A stretch of 64,000 bases of DNA from Alphaproteobacteria bacterium (lineage in GTDB: Bacteria; Pseudomonadota; Alphaproteobacteria; MPNO01; UBA830), in NCBI GenBank assembly GCA_965221485.1, contig OZ244893.1, forward strand, positions 1,861,410 to 1,925,409. The letters run 5' to 3'. Of this stretch, positions 50,589-61,449 are shown in pieces. Under the pieces are notes generated by a model. The model saw only the letters and a program-made list of their open reading frames with translations, was not told where the DNA came from and made no database searches. How positions within the stretch are numbered: position 1 is the first letter of the stretch; each line of letters begins with the position of its first letter. The translations under genes were made by a program, and so were the position numbers.

Positions 50589-51905
50589 CTATCCTGCCAT
50601 GACTTGCGGCAACCAGGTGACGGCACCGGGTACGGCCATCAGGAAAGCAAGGATGCCGATCTCGAGCAAGACAAAGGGGGTCACTGCTGCGTAAATCTGA
50701 CCCATTGTGGTTTCGGGTGGGGCCACACCCCGCATCACGAAAAGCAGCATTCCGAATGGTGGCGTGGTCTGTCCAATCTCCAGCGCCAGAAGCATCAACA
50801 CTCCGAACCATATCAGGTCGATCCGGATCAGCTCGGCCAGCGGAATGAAGAAGGGCAGTGTGATCAGCATGATGCTCACCGGATCCATGAAGCATCCCAT
50901 CAGCAGCATCAACGCCATCATTGCGACAAGAAGCGCGAGGGGCGTCGGGTCGATCTGCTGGATCAGTGAAAGCAATCCCGTAGTTGCACCCGAGAACGAG
51001 AGAATTTGCGAAAACGTGAGCGACGCCGCAATGATGAAGTAGATCATCACGGCGAGCTTCCCGGTTTCGACCATCGCAGTCCACAGCCCCTTCCAGGTGA
51101 GCGAGCGATAACACAATGCCGCGATGACCGCTCCGATCGCGCCAAGAGAAGCGGATTCGGTGGGCGTTGCAACGCCCACCAGAATGCTGCCAACCACGAC
51201 CGCGAACAGGCTGAGCAGTGGAACCACATAGATCAGAACCGGTCGCACCCGCTGCCACAGACTCACATCCGGCATCTCGTAGCGTGGGGCCAGGGACGGA
51301 TTGAGCCGGCAACGGATCAGCACATAGGAAAAATGGACAGCAGCCATGATCAGACCGGGAATGGCACCGGCTATCAGAAGGGCAGCGATCGAGATTCCGG
51401 ACAGGCTTCCGAGGAGCACCGCAAGGCTTGATGGAGGAATCAGCATGGCGATACCGCCGGTGCCGAGAATAGGTCCCATCGCCATCGAATTGTGATAACC
51501 GCGGCGGCGCATCTCTGGCATCAGCGTTGTGCCGAGTAACGCCGTATTCGCCATGCTGGAGCCGGAGAGTGTCGAAAACACAGTGCCGCCAGCAACAGCG
51601 ACCAGCGACAGTCGGCCCGGCACCCGCGCAATGAGCTGGTCCACCGCATCAATAGCCCGGATTGCGACCCCCGTGTGGAAAAGGATTTCACCCATCAGGA
51701 TGAACATCGCAACCGGTGCAAGTGCAAAGCGCACCAGTCCGTCCACCACATTGCGTTCAAGCTGGACCAGACCCGCTTCACCACCAAGAAAAATGATAGC
51801 TCCGACGATGTTCGCGCCGAAAAACGCGATCGCAACCGGGACGCCAAGGAACATCGGCACGAGCACCATGCCAAGCAGGAATATCAGTGCCCAGTACCAT
51901 TCCAT
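50589..51905 (-). CDS. TRAP transporter large permease (DctM family)
   Basis: 438 aa, DctM conserved blocks (GTTLMPEMRRRGY, PPFGMLLFV). Confidence 0.9.
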   Translation of the reverse strand: MEWYWALIFLLGMVLVPMFLGVPVAIAFFGANIVGAIIFLGGEAGLVQLERNVVDGLVRFALAPVAMFILMGEILFHTGVAIRAIDAVDQLIARVPGRLSLVAVAGGTVFSTLSGSSMANTALLGTTLMPEMRRRGYHNSMAMGPILGTGGIAMLIPPSSLAVLLGSLSGISIAALLIAGAIPGLIMAAVHFSYVLIRCRLNPSLAPRYEMPDVSLWQRVRPVLIYVVPLLSLFAVVVGSILVGVATPTESASLGAIGAVIAALCYRSLTWKGLWTAMVETGKLAVMIYFIIAASLTFSQILSFSGATTGLLSLIQQIDPTPLALLVAMMALMLLMGCFMDPVSIMLITLPFFIPLAELIRIDLIWFGVLMLLALEIGQTTPPFGMLLFVMRGVAPPETTMGQIYAAVTPFVLLEIGILAFLMAVPGAVTWLPQVMAG

Positions 51906-51908
51906 CGG

Positions 51909-52433
51909 TCAGAAGGCCTCGGGCCGATCGCCGCGCGGTGCCTGGTCAGCGGCATCGGGAGCAACCGACCGGATGAACTGCCTCACCGCCTCGACGAGAA
52001 ACAGCGCCATCCCTCCCGGTACAACCGCCATCGGAATCCATTCCTTGATGTCGAATGATTTGTAGAGCGTCGAATCCTCGACCCACGCCAAATGTGTCGT
52101 AATCGTGCCGTAATAGACGATCACCGCCGCCACGACGACAATAACGAGGTTGATACCAATCCGGAATTGCCGGTAGGCACCACGCGGCAATGCGGACAAC
52201 ACCAGGTCGACCGTGACATGGCGGCCGATGCTGAGGATATAGGCAGCGCCGACCATGGTCAGCGTCAACAGGCCATACTCAACCGCTTCCAGCATCCAGT
52301 AGAAACCGCTGAGACCGAGGTTGCGCGCAACCACCTCGGCGGCAACACCGACAGCCAGCAGCGCTACGATCACGCCCGGCACCGCCCCGGTAAAGGCGAG
52401 CAGCCGGTCAAACAGACCGCCGGGCTTCCACAT
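51909..52433 (-). CDS. TRAP transporter small permease (DctQ family)
   Basis: 174 aa, 4 TM, 3-nt gap to dctM. Confidence 0.8.
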   Translation of the reverse strand: MWKPGGLFDRLLAFTGAVPGVIVALLAVGVAAEVVARNLGLSGFYWMLEAVEYGLLTLTMVGAAYILSIGRHVTVDLVLSALPRGAYRQFRIGINLVIVVVAAVIVYYGTITTHLAWVEDSTLYKSFDIKEWIPMAVVPGGMALFLVEAVRQFIRSVAPDAADQAPRGDRPEAF

Positions 52434-52496
52434 CCGAGCGCCCCAAATTCGATTGCGCCTTCACATACTCCCGGAGCACGCAGGCAAACTCGAATC

Positions 52497-53474
52497 CTAC
52501 CTGCCGATCAATGCGCGCAGTTTTTTACCGACCACGGGGTCGCGTTTCTCCACCACGTCCCACTGTGCCGTATAGGCGAGATCAAGAAACTTTTCTGCAT
52601 CGGCATCAGACAACTTGAGCAGCTTCATGCCTTTCTCGCTGATCAGCCGGTTGCCAATCTCCCGATCTTTACGGCCGAGATCGGCGGACAACTCGTTTTC
52701 GAGGTAAAGACCTGCCGTTGTGAGCACACCCTGCTGTTCAACGTTCAGACTCTTCCATTTGCCGACATTGATCCCCACTACAATGATCGGGTGATAGAAG
52801 CCGGGCACCAGCTTGTACTTTGAAACTTCGAACCAGCCCTGGGACATCACTTCGCTGTCAAGGTTCGCGTAGGCATCAACTGCACCACGCTCCATAGCCG
52901 TGAAGATCTCGCGCCTCGGCATGTTGAGGGTGCGCGCACCGAGCGCATCAAAGAATGCCTTGTAGGTATTCGAGGTGCGCATCTTGAGGCCCTTGAAGTC
53001 GTCAAGCGACTTGATCTCCGTGTTGGTGTAGATGTGGAAAACAATGTCGCCGCCATACATCGACAACAGGTGCATGTTGGCCTGTTTGGTGAACAGATCG
53101 CTGAAAATGTCCCAGGCCCCGTTCTGGCGCATCACTGGTGCCGATTTGGTGGTCGGTGTGAAGCCGGTCGCGAGTTTGACCAGATTGGCCATATAGGCCG
53201 GCGGCGTCCCCGCGACGTCAAGCAATCCGGTCTTGACTGCATTGCCAAGCTGACGTGAAGGGATCGCTTCCGGGCCCACCACCTGTCCGATCTGGATGGC
53301 TCCCTTGCCATCAGCGTTGACCTTGGCCACGAACGCATCGAAGGCCTGGCGTGTCAGGGATTGCTTGTTGCTGATGAAATAGCCGGCCTTCAGCGAAACC
53401 TCGGAGGCTGCAGTCGAAGCCGCTGCCACGAAAGCGAAGCCGATACCGGTTGCAATAAACTTTGTCAGTCTCAT
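52497..53474 (-). CDS. TRAP transporter substrate-binding protein (DctP family)
   Basis: ORF 52497..53543 trimmed to MRLTKFIATG preceded by GGAGGAAGAG. Signal peptide. Confidence 0.85.
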   Translation of the reverse strand: MRLTKFIATGIGFAFVAAASTAASEVSLKAGYFISNKQSLTRQAFDAFVAKVNADGKGAIQIGQVVGPEAIPSRQLGNAVKTGLLDVAGTPPAYMANLVKLATGFTPTTKSAPVMRQNGAWDIFSDLFTKQANMHLLSMYGGDIVFHIYTNTEIKSLDDFKGLKMRTSNTYKAFFDALGARTLNMPRREIFTAMERGAVDAYANLDSEVMSQGWFEVSKYKLVPGFYHPIIVVGINVGKWKSLNVEQQGVLTTAGLYLENELSADLGRKDREIGNRLISEKGMKLLKLSDADAEKFLDLAYTAQWDVVEKRDPVVGKKLRALIGR

Positions 53475-53732
53475 CTCTTCCTCCTTCGGTTCTGTTTCCT
53501 GTCTCCCACCCAAAATGCTACGCAACGACCCATATACCGTCAATTGCTTTTGACGCTGGCAAACATCAGACCCTGCGGCAGGGACAACGAGGCAGTCTCA
53601 CCGAAGTTCGTTTGTGGTGTCGTCCCCCACCAGACCCGGGACCGGCCACATGTCCTCTTCCCGGCATGTGACATATTGGCATTCGACGGGGGTGTCGGGT
53701 TCGTGGTTCAAGCGGAAGACACGGATCCCGGG

Positions 53733-55058
53733 TCATCGCATAAGCGAGGGGAGAAACAGGGATATCTCGGGGAATGCGACCAACAGGGCAACGATCACAA
53801 TTTCACAGGCCAGAAACCAGGCCACGCCGCGAAATATTGTGCCCAGCGGCACTTCATCCCCGACCACGCTCTTGACGATATAGACATTGAACCCGACCGG
53901 CGGCGTCATCAGTCCGATCTCCAGGTATTTGATGACCAGAACCCCCAGCCACACCAGATCAAGGTTGAGCGCCTCGAACATGGGCAACAAAAGCGGAAGC
54001 GTCAGCAACATCAGTCCAAGCGGCTCGAGAAACATGCCAAGGATCACGTAGATCAATGACGTCGCGAGCACCAGCAGAATGGGATCGAGCGCCCAGTCAC
54101 CGATCATTTCGCCAATGAAGAACGGAACACCGCTAAGCGCAAGAAACCGGGTAAGCAGCACGGCACCGACAGCAATAAAGAATATCTTCGCTGTACCGGT
54201 GAGAGCCTCCATAACGCTGGTCCGGAACAGCGGCCAGTCAAGGCGCCCCTGGAACCCGGCAATGACGAACGAGAGAAACGCTCCAAAAGCACCGGCCTCG
54301 GTTGGCGTTACCAATCCGGAGTAGATGCCGCCGACAATGCCCAGGATCAGCACCAGGACTGGCCAGACATCACCCAGTGCTGCGATTTTGGTCCGGAGAG
54401 GTATCTTTTCCCCAACCGGCGGACCGAGAGCTGGTTTGAGACTGCAGCGCGTAACAATCATCGCGGCGTATATGACAGCGGTCAGAATCCCGGGCAGCAC
54501 GCCGGCAATCAGGAGCTGTGCAATCGAAGTCTCTGCGAAAATACCGTAGAGCACCATCAGGATGGAGGGAGGAATCAACGAGCCCAGTGTTCCGGCTGCG
54601 ACCACCACGCCTGTGGACAGTCCCTTGTCATAGCCGTGACCGATCATTTCAGGAACAGTAATCCGACCCATCGCGGCTGCAGTCGCCAGACTGGAGCCCG
54701 AGGCCGCAGAAAAACCGGCACAGGCGAAATTGCTGGCAACTGCGAGGCCGCCAGGCAGGTTGCCGAGCCATAGCCGGGCGGCGTGAAACAGGGCGGAACT
54801 GATCCCCGAATGATGCGCCACAGCCCCCATCAGAAGGAACATCGGGATGGCTGAGATCGACCAGTTGGCAGCGAACTCGAATGGCGTGTTCTTGACCACA
54901 CCGGCGGCGACACCGGGCCCGCGAATAAGAATGATTCCGATAATCGAAACGCCACCCAACGCAACACCGATCGGCACCCGGATCGCGATCAGCACGAGGA
55001 CGGCGCCAATTCCCGCAAATCCTATTTCGAGATGGCTCACGTCATGCGTCCCGATCAT
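53733..55058 (-). CDS. TRAP transporter large permease (DctM family)
   Basis: 441 aa, DctM blocks (GNLPGGLAVASNFACAGFSAASGSS, PPVGFNVYIV). Confidence 0.9.
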   Translation of the reverse strand: MIGTHDVSHLEIGFAGIGAVLVLIAIRVPIGVALGGVSIIGIILIRGPGVAAGVVKNTPFEFAANWSISAIPMFLLMGAVAHHSGISSALFHAARLWLGNLPGGLAVASNFACAGFSAASGSSLATAAAMGRITVPEMIGHGYDKGLSTGVVVAAGTLGSLIPPSILMVLYGIFAETSIAQLLIAGVLPGILTAVIYAAMIVTRCSLKPALGPPVGEKIPLRTKIAALGDVWPVLVLILGIVGGIYSGLVTPTEAGAFGAFLSFVIAGFQGRLDWPLFRTSVMEALTGTAKIFFIAVGAVLLTRFLALSGVPFFIGEMIGDWALDPILLVLATSLIYVILGMFLEPLGLMLLTLPLLLPMFEALNLDLVWLGVLVIKYLEIGLMTPPVGFNVYIVKSVVGDEVPLGTIFRGVAWFLACEIVIVALLVAFPEISLFLPSLMR

Positions 55059-55081
55059 TCATTCGTGCGCATCTCCTCGGC

Positions 55082-55657
55082 TCAATGAGGGTCGCGTGTG
55101 CTGATTTCCAGCCGGGCCGTACCGGGCGCGCGGGCACGTCGGCCAAAATGTCGGACCACCGCAAGAGCAACATAGAGCGCCATGGCTGCCAGACCGACGG
55201 TCAGGAACCAGCGGCTCGGCCAGATCGCCACCAGGTCGACTGATGTCTCCCAGGCTTCGCCTTCCCTGGTCCGCCGCACCGCCTCGACACCGGTGTAGAG
55301 AACCAGAAACAGGAGATAGGCAAGGGTTGCGAGACCGGCACAGCCGACCAGTGCAGCGCGAAGGCTTCCGCGCATGCGTGCAGTAAACAACTCGACTATC
55401 AGGTGGCCTTCTGTGAACGTCACATAGGCAAGCGGCAGGAAAACGACGGCCACCATGTAATAGGCGGCGACGATCTCGGTAGTACCATCGATCGGATCGT
55501 TGAACAGGTACTTGGTGGCAACATCGGCAACGATGTGGAGCATCATCAGGACCAGAGCGATGCCGCCAGCGACCGCGAGGCCGTTTCCCAGCCTTCTCAA
55601 GGAACGCTCGGGACTGAATGAAGCCACGCTGTCCTCCCTCCGTTCCTGTTTGGGCAC
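55082..55657 (-). CDS. TRAP transporter small permease (DctQ family)
   Basis: 191 aa, 4 TM, upstream of dctM. Confidence 0.8.
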   Translation of the reverse strand: MPKQERREDSVASFSPERSLRRLGNGLAVAGGIALVLMMLHIVADVATKYLFNDPIDGTTEIVAAYYMVAVVFLPLAYVTFTEGHLIVELFTARMRGSLRAALVGCAGLATLAYLLFLVLYTGVEAVRRTREGEAWETSVDLVAIWPSRWFLTVGLAAMALYVALAVVRHFGRRARAPGTARLEISTRDPH

Positions 55658-56124
55658 GGATCACCGAGTCTTTGATACTGTCGGAAATTGGCGCCTGACG
55701 GTCAAGCCGCGAAGGCAGGGGAACGATCATGCGTGCGTGTCCCGCAGTAACGAAGGATTCAGGTGATCGAAACACACTTGTGAAACGATCGTTCCTGTCA
55801 CGGCAGCAATCCTGGTATGGATACCAGTTTCGCAACACTCTGGCCGGTTCCGGAGCCATTGAGCCTGGTTGTGTCGGTCCGTACCCGGGCAGTCATGAAC
55901 CGGATTCATTCCGGTTCCGGGACCAGACGTTTCCAGGGTTCGGCAAGGAAAGCATGTGGATCTTTCCCCATTGCAAACACCCGATGGCACGGGGTGTCGG
56001 ACTTCAGAAGCCGAAACAGCGGCTTCCTGGAATTTCGTTCCAGACTGCAGGGCGACAAGTGGATCCGTGTCTGGTTTCGGGCCCGTAATCGGTGGCATCA
56101 GGCACCATGCAGGAGGAACACCGG

Positions 56125-56278
56125 ATGGGCCGCCGCGCTCAGCAACGAAGTGATGGCGGACGCTCTGATCGACCGGCTGATCCACCACTGCCATATCCTC
56201 AATATCCGGGGAACAGCGACCGGGCGCAGCATCAACAGAACCTGCAGGTCGGATCGGCACCTCAATAGGGCTGCATGA
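56125..56278 (+). pseudogene. IS21-family istB (helper ATPase) C-terminal remnant
   Basis: Last ~45 codons of ORF 55817..56278 (WAAALSNEVMADALIDRLIHHCHILNIRGTATG) match the conserved IstB C-terminus (W.E.FGD.V.ATA.LDRLLHHAHI...G.SYR). No Walker motifs or istA nearby. Confidence 0.5.
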
Positions 56279-56521
56279 TTGAAATCACTCACACAGGCGA
56301 AGGTGCCACCGGCACGCTGAGCCCAACATCCCGGCACCGAGACAGGGTTACCCTCCGAGCAAGCTGTTCATTGGCCCGGTTTCGCGCGTAATGAGCGCCC
56401 GCTATACTTGGTGAAATCGTCCGTCCACAGAAGAGGTCCCGTCGGGCTGCGGTCAAAACCGTCAAACGGTATCCGGCAGGCAAGGACACGGACAGGACAG
56501 GAAACGGGAAGGAAACATATA

Positions 56522-57643
56522 ATGATGAGAAAATGGTCTGTCTTGACACCTGTCGCCGCGATGCTGGCGATTGCGGGTTCCTCGGTTTCGGCAGCCGAAT
56601 ATGTATACGGATCCTGGAACAGCCCGAAGAACGTGGTGCTGAGCGAGGGCGTGGGTCCCTATCTCAAGGCGGTGACGGCGGAAACCGGCGGTTCTCTCAC
56701 ATGGAAAGTCCTTGCCGGTGGGCAGTTGTTCGGCGGCCGCGCCACACTCGCCGGAATCCGGGACCGGATCGCTGATGCAGGTGGGCCGGTCATCCCCGCT
56801 TTTACTCGAAAGGAATTGCGCGCCGCCAACGTGGTATATGACCTGATCAATGCGTCCGTCTCACCGGTTGTGATGGCCGGGGCCGTTGCCGAGACCTACC
56901 ACCTTGACTGTCCGGCTTGCAAAGACGACTTCACGAAAAACAACGCATTGTTCCTTGCCAATTATGCATCGACCCGCTTCAATTTGCTGTGTCGCGCACC
57001 GATCACCAAAGCCTCGGAGATGAACGGCCGCAGGGTGCGCGTCGTGGGAGCACTCGGTCGCTTCCTGAAGTCGCTTGGTGCCGTCCCTGTCGGTGGCAGT
57101 CCGGCCAAGGCAGTCCAGGCGATCCAACGCGGCAATCTCGATTGCATAGCGGGTCCCATCAGTTGGCTTCAGTCGTTCGGTCTATGGGACTTCACAAAGC
57201 ATGTACTTGACGCACATCTCGCGATCCAGCCAACCCCATCCGCCATGGTCATCAATCGCGACGCGTGGAAAGCCCTGTCGAAGTCCGAAAGGATGGCAAT
57301 GATCAAGCATGCTCCGGACCTGATCTCCAATACAACAATCCGGGGCTATATGGCCGAAGATGTGCAGGTGCGCGAGGAGGCGGCAAAGCGGGGTGTCAAG
57401 ATCACCGTCGAGGACGGCTCCATGGGCCCTGCGTTCGACGCCTACAAGAAGAAAGAGCTTGAGATAGTTCCCGCGCTGGCAAAGAAAGATGGCATCAATT
57501 CTGCGGACGCCATCGTCGACGCCCATCTCGCCAATGTCGCCAAATGGGAAAAGATTCACGCCACGATTGGCGACGATCCCGGCAAGTTTGCTCAGGCGTT
57601 ATGGGACGAAGTGTTCAGCAAGCTGGATCCTGACAAGATCTGA
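56522..57643 (+). CDS. TRAP transporter substrate-binding protein (DctP family)
   Basis: ORF 56408..57643 trimmed to MMRKWSV preceded by GGAAGGAAA. Signal peptide. Divergent from dctQM at 53733..55657. Confidence 0.85.
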   Translation: MMRKWSVLTPVAAMLAIAGSSVSAAEYVYGSWNSPKNVVLSEGVGPYLKAVTAETGGSLTWKVLAGGQLFGGRATLAGIRDRIADAGGPVIPAFTRKELRAANVVYDLINASVSPVVMAGAVAETYHLDCPACKDDFTKNNALFLANYASTRFNLLCRAPITKASEMNGRRVRVVGALGRFLKSLGAVPVGGSPAKAVQAIQRGNLDCIAGPISWLQSFGLWDFTKHVLDAHLAIQPTPSAMVINRDAWKALSKSERMAMIKHAPDLISNTTIRGYMAEDVQVREEAAKRGVKITVEDGSMGPAFDAYKKKELEIVPALAKKDGINSADAIVDAHLANVAKWEKIHATIGDDPGKFAQALWDEVFSKLDPDKI

Positions 57644-57652
57644 CTGTTTTGC

Positions 57653-57690
57653 GTGGCATGACGGGCCCGGCCTGTCATGCCACCTGTTTG
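57653..57690 (+). terminator. putative intrinsic terminator after dctP
   Basis: GTGGCATGACGGG/CCTGTCATGCCAC hairpin (one G-T wobble) 10 nt after stop, followed by a weak T-tract (CTGTTTG). Confidence 0.4.
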
Positions 57691-58388
57691 CGGGAAACTG
57701 TAAAAACGAAGACCTGATCAGTTCCGGTCAAGCCAATGCCGGCGCGTGCATCACCGGCATTGGATCGGTGTCCGGGCCTCCGATAGACCTCCCGCCTCCC
57801 GGACACCGCCTCGAGTCAATCAACCCTGGAGGTTCCGGATCCCGGACGGTCTGAATTCAATGGCTGGTCCGGCCGGGCGACCGCCTGGTCCGGAGAGAAC
57901 CGATGACCTTCAAAGGCAGCATCAGCTCGCCCTGACGACAGACCCGGCTCTGTCGTCAGGGAGTCCTCAATTGCACATCCAGTCGGAGGCCGGTCCAGTT
58001 GGACGGTCCCTGCGAATTCCAGCTGAAGAGTCCCTCATCCCGACAGTCTATCGATCGGACTCTCAAGGCAGCCGAGAGGGTGCTGCGGACTGTCCGGCCG
58101 GTATCTGACATCGACGAGATCGTCGAAGAGATCGAGAGCACCAACACGGTGCATGACCTCGAAATTTTCCGCGACCCACCAACATGGTTTTACTCCATTG
58201 CACCAGCGAGACTCTGCCTTTACCAGAACCCTGCGGACCTGCCCATCCGGTCATCATCGACACCATGATCAGTCACCGCACCGCCAGCGCGTGGATGTCT
58301 GTCTTGCAACGACCTGTTTGACCGTGTTGCTGTAACCCGGAATGCCGTATTGTGGCGGTCCGATTTTCCGAGGAACACGCCGAACCCG

Positions 58389-60164
58389 ATGATGTCGACA
58401 CTGACGAATACAGGAAGCCAGCCTCCCAAAGAGTGGGACCGGGAAACTGATCTCCTCGTGGCCGGTGCAGGCCCCGCCGGCTTGACGGCCGCGCTCGCCG
58501 CCGCCATCGAAGGGCTTGACGTCATCCTGTGCGAAAAATCTGACCAGGTCGGAGGAACAGGAGCAACATCGGCAGGCACGCTATGGATCCCGGGCAACCG
58601 GCTGAGCAGGGACGCCGGATATCATGACACAACCGACAAGGCGGCGACCTATCTTGACAGCCTCACGTCGGACCCCGGCACGAATCCGCTTCGCGAGGTC
58701 TTTCTTCGCGACGGACCCGACATGATCGATTACCTCGTGTCCCATTCCGAACTGTCCTTCACTCCCTGTGGCCTTCATCCTGATTACCGCAACAACCAGC
58801 CCGGAGCCGCGCTTGAAGGACGGGCCATCATCCCGGAACCGTTCGACGCGCGCCAACTCGGGGAAGAAGTCAATCGCATTCGCCCACCCATCGCCGAGTA
58901 TATGGTTCTGGGCGGTATGATGCTGTCCAAGGCTGATATCGATCCCCTGGTCAACAGATACCGTTCCCCGGCGAACTTTACCCACGCGACGCGCCTGGTG
59001 CTGCGTCACGTCACGGACCGGTTGCGCTACCGCAGGGGAACACGGCTGACAATGGGAAATGCGCTCATCGGACGCCTGTTCTTCAGCCTTCTCAAACGCA
59101 ATGTCCCCGTTCTCTTCGAGACTTGCCTCGCTGAACTGACCCGGGAGAACGACCGTGTCACCGGGGCGGTCCTGCAGGGGCCCGGCGGCCGGCAGCGGGT
59201 TCGGGCGAAACGTGGCGTTGTGTGCGCAACCGGGGGATTCGCGCATAACGAGGCATTGCGGACCCGGTATATGCCAGAGCCCGTCAGACCCTGGTCCATG
59301 GCCGTCCCGGAAAACCAGGGTGACGGCATCACCGCGGCCGAAGCCGTGAACGCCCGAATACGATCGGACGGCCACAAATCGAGCGGTTTCTGGTCACCCG
59401 TGTCCGTTACCCGGCGCAAGGACGGATCCCGGGGACTCTATCCCCATATCCTGCTGGACCGCGCCAAGCCCGGCCTTATTGCGGTCAATGCCGCCGGCCG
59501 CCGATTTGTCAATGAAGCGGTCTCCTATCACGATTTCGTCGAGGGCATGCTTCACTCTCACGAGACCGTCAACACGATGCCCGCCTGGCTGGTTTGCGAC
59601 AGCCGGTTTGTGCGTAAATACGGGCTCGGGTCGATCTACCCCGGGACCAGACGTCTGAAGTCCTTCGCCGACCAGGGATATATCGTCCTCGCCGACACGG
59701 TCAGCGATCTCGCCGCCCGGATCGATGTGAATCCCGCCGGACTGATGGACACCGTCGAGCGCCACCAGCGCTACGCCGAAAGCGGGTCCGATCCCGATTT
59801 CGGAAAGGGAGACGACGCGCTGAATCGCTTCAATGGAGATCCCGATCATGAGCCCAACCCCTGCCTCGGGCCCATCGCGACGCCTCCCTTCGTTGCCATC
59901 GCCGTCTGGCCCGCAGAAATCGGGTGCAGTATCGGTCTCGAAACCAACGTTCACGGCGAGGTCATTGATACAAGAGGTGAGGTCCTCAAGGGGCTCTATG
60001 CCTGCGGGAACGACATGTCATCCATCATGGCAGGAACCTACGCCGGCCCGGGCATTACCCTTGGTCCCGCCATCGTCTTCGCATGTCGAATCGCCAGGCA
60101 CGCATCGGGCACAGAACCGGAGCACGCCTCCGGCAAATCAGACGCGGATCAGGGGCTGACCTGA
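58389..60164 (+). CDS. FAD-dependent oxidoreductase (3-ketosteroid-delta1-dehydrogenase/fumarate reductase flavoprotein-like)
   Basis: ORF 58350..60164 trimmed to MMSTLTN. Dinucleotide-binding DLLVAGAGPAGLTAALAAA and FAD-binding succinate-DH-like C-terminal region (YACGND). Confidence 0.8.
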   Translation: MMSTLTNTGSQPPKEWDRETDLLVAGAGPAGLTAALAAAIEGLDVILCEKSDQVGGTGATSAGTLWIPGNRLSRDAGYHDTTDKAATYLDSLTSDPGTNPLREVFLRDGPDMIDYLVSHSELSFTPCGLHPDYRNNQPGAALEGRAIIPEPFDARQLGEEVNRIRPPIAEYMVLGGMMLSKADIDPLVNRYRSPANFTHATRLVLRHVTDRLRYRRGTRLTMGNALIGRLFFSLLKRNVPVLFETCLAELTRENDRVTGAVLQGPGGRQRVRAKRGVVCATGGFAHNEALRTRYMPEPVRPWSMAVPENQGDGITAAEAVNARIRSDGHKSSGFWSPVSVTRRKDGSRGLYPHILLDRAKPGLIAVNAAGRRFVNEAVSYHDFVEGMLHSHETVNTMPAWLVCDSRFVRKYGLGSIYPGTRRLKSFADQGYIVLADTVSDLAARIDVNPAGLMDTVERHQRYAESGSDPDFGKGDDALNRFNGDPDHEPNPCLGPIATPPFVAIAVWPAEIGCSIGLETNVHGEVIDTRGEVLKGLYACGNDMSSIMAGTYAGPGITLGPAIVFACRIARHASGTEPEHASGKSDADQGLT

Positions 60165-60168
60165 ATCG

Positions 60169-61449
60169 ATGACCCAGCAAACCCTCGTCCAGAAAATCAT
60201 CGCCCATGCTGCAGATCGGAGCAGGGTTGATACCGGAGAAATTGTGACCTGCACAGTCGACCTGGCCATGATCCATGATTCTGGCGGGCCCCGGCGCGTG
60301 ATGCCCATTCTGCAGCGTCTCGGTGTAAATGTCTGGGATCCGGACCGGATCGTCCTGATTTCCGACCACTACGTGCCTGCATTTGACGCCGAGAGCGCAC
60401 GAATCCTTGACCTCACCCGCAAGTTCGCCAGGGATCAGAAAATCCGCCACTTTCATGACATGCAGGGCATCTGTCATGTCGTCCTGCCCGAACGCGGTCA
60501 CTTGCAACCGGGCATGTTCGTCGTAGGGGGAGACAGCCACTCTCCGACCGGGGGCGCATTCGGCTGCTTCATGTTCGGAATCGGAGCGACCGATATGGCA
60601 GGTGTGCTGGCTACCGGCAAGACGTGGATCCGGGTGCCGGAAACCATATCTGTCGAGGTCAGCGGAACCTTCAGTGATGGTGTCAGCGCCAAGGATCTCA
60701 TGCTGTTCATCTGCGCCCGGCTCGGCATGGATGGCGGCCAGGGTCACGCCATTGAGTACAAGGGGGATACCATCACCAGACTCCCGATGCCGGAACGTAT
60801 GACGCTCTGCAATATGGCCGCCGAGCTCGGTGCTCTGACGGGTGTCATTTCCGCAGATACAACCACAATGGATTTCATCCGCGCCGCCGGTGCCGATCCG
60901 ATTGATCCGGAACCCTGGCAATCGGATCCGGATGCCCCGGTCCATGAAACCTTCCGGATCACCGTTGATCAGATTGCTCCCCAGGTGGCCGCCCCCCATA
61001 GCCCCGCCAATTCAGCGCCGGTAGAAGAGACCGCCGGGACTCCGGTGGACCAGGCTTACATCGGTGCCTGTACCGGTGCCAAGCTGGAGGATCTGAGAAT
61101 GGCGGCCCGTGTGCTCCGGGGGCGCCGCGTTGATCCCGGAACCCGACTCCTGGTTGCCCCGGCATCCCGGAAGGACATGACAGCCGCTGCTGGCGACGGG
61201 ACGCTGGCCATCCTCATGGAAGCCGGCGCATCCATCATGCCCACCGGATGCGGCGCCTGCGCCGGTTACGGAGCCGGAGTCCTCGCCGACAGGGAAGTGT
61301 GCATCGCCTCCACGGCACGCAATTTCCAGGGCCGCATGGGAGCGCCCACATCAAGAGTCTATCTTGCCAACCCCTATACGGTCGCGGCCACTGCGGTGAC
61401 CGGAAAAATCACGGACCCGCGCGCGTTACTCGGGGACCCGGAGAAATGA
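60169..61449 (+). CDS. 3-isopropylmalate dehydratase large subunit-like (aconitase family, LeuC-like)
   Basis: 426 aa short LeuC type. Aconitase-family Fe-S ligand cysteines (GACTG, CGACAG), GGDSHSPTGG substrate loop. Confidence 0.85.
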   Translation: MTQQTLVQKIIAHAADRSRVDTGEIVTCTVDLAMIHDSGGPRRVMPILQRLGVNVWDPDRIVLISDHYVPAFDAESARILDLTRKFARDQKIRHFHDMQGICHVVLPERGHLQPGMFVVGGDSHSPTGGAFGCFMFGIGATDMAGVLATGKTWIRVPETISVEVSGTFSDGVSAKDLMLFICARLGMDGGQGHAIEYKGDTITRLPMPERMTLCNMAAELGALTGVISADTTTMDFIRAAGADPIDPEPWQSDPDAPVHETFRITVDQIAPQVAAPHSPANSAPVEETAGTPVDQAYIGACTGAKLEDLRMAARVLRGRRVDPGTRLLVAPASRKDMTAAAGDGTLAILMEAGASIMPTGCGACAGYGAGVLADREVCIASTARNFQGRMGAPTSRVYLANPYTVAATAVTGKITDPRALLGDPEK

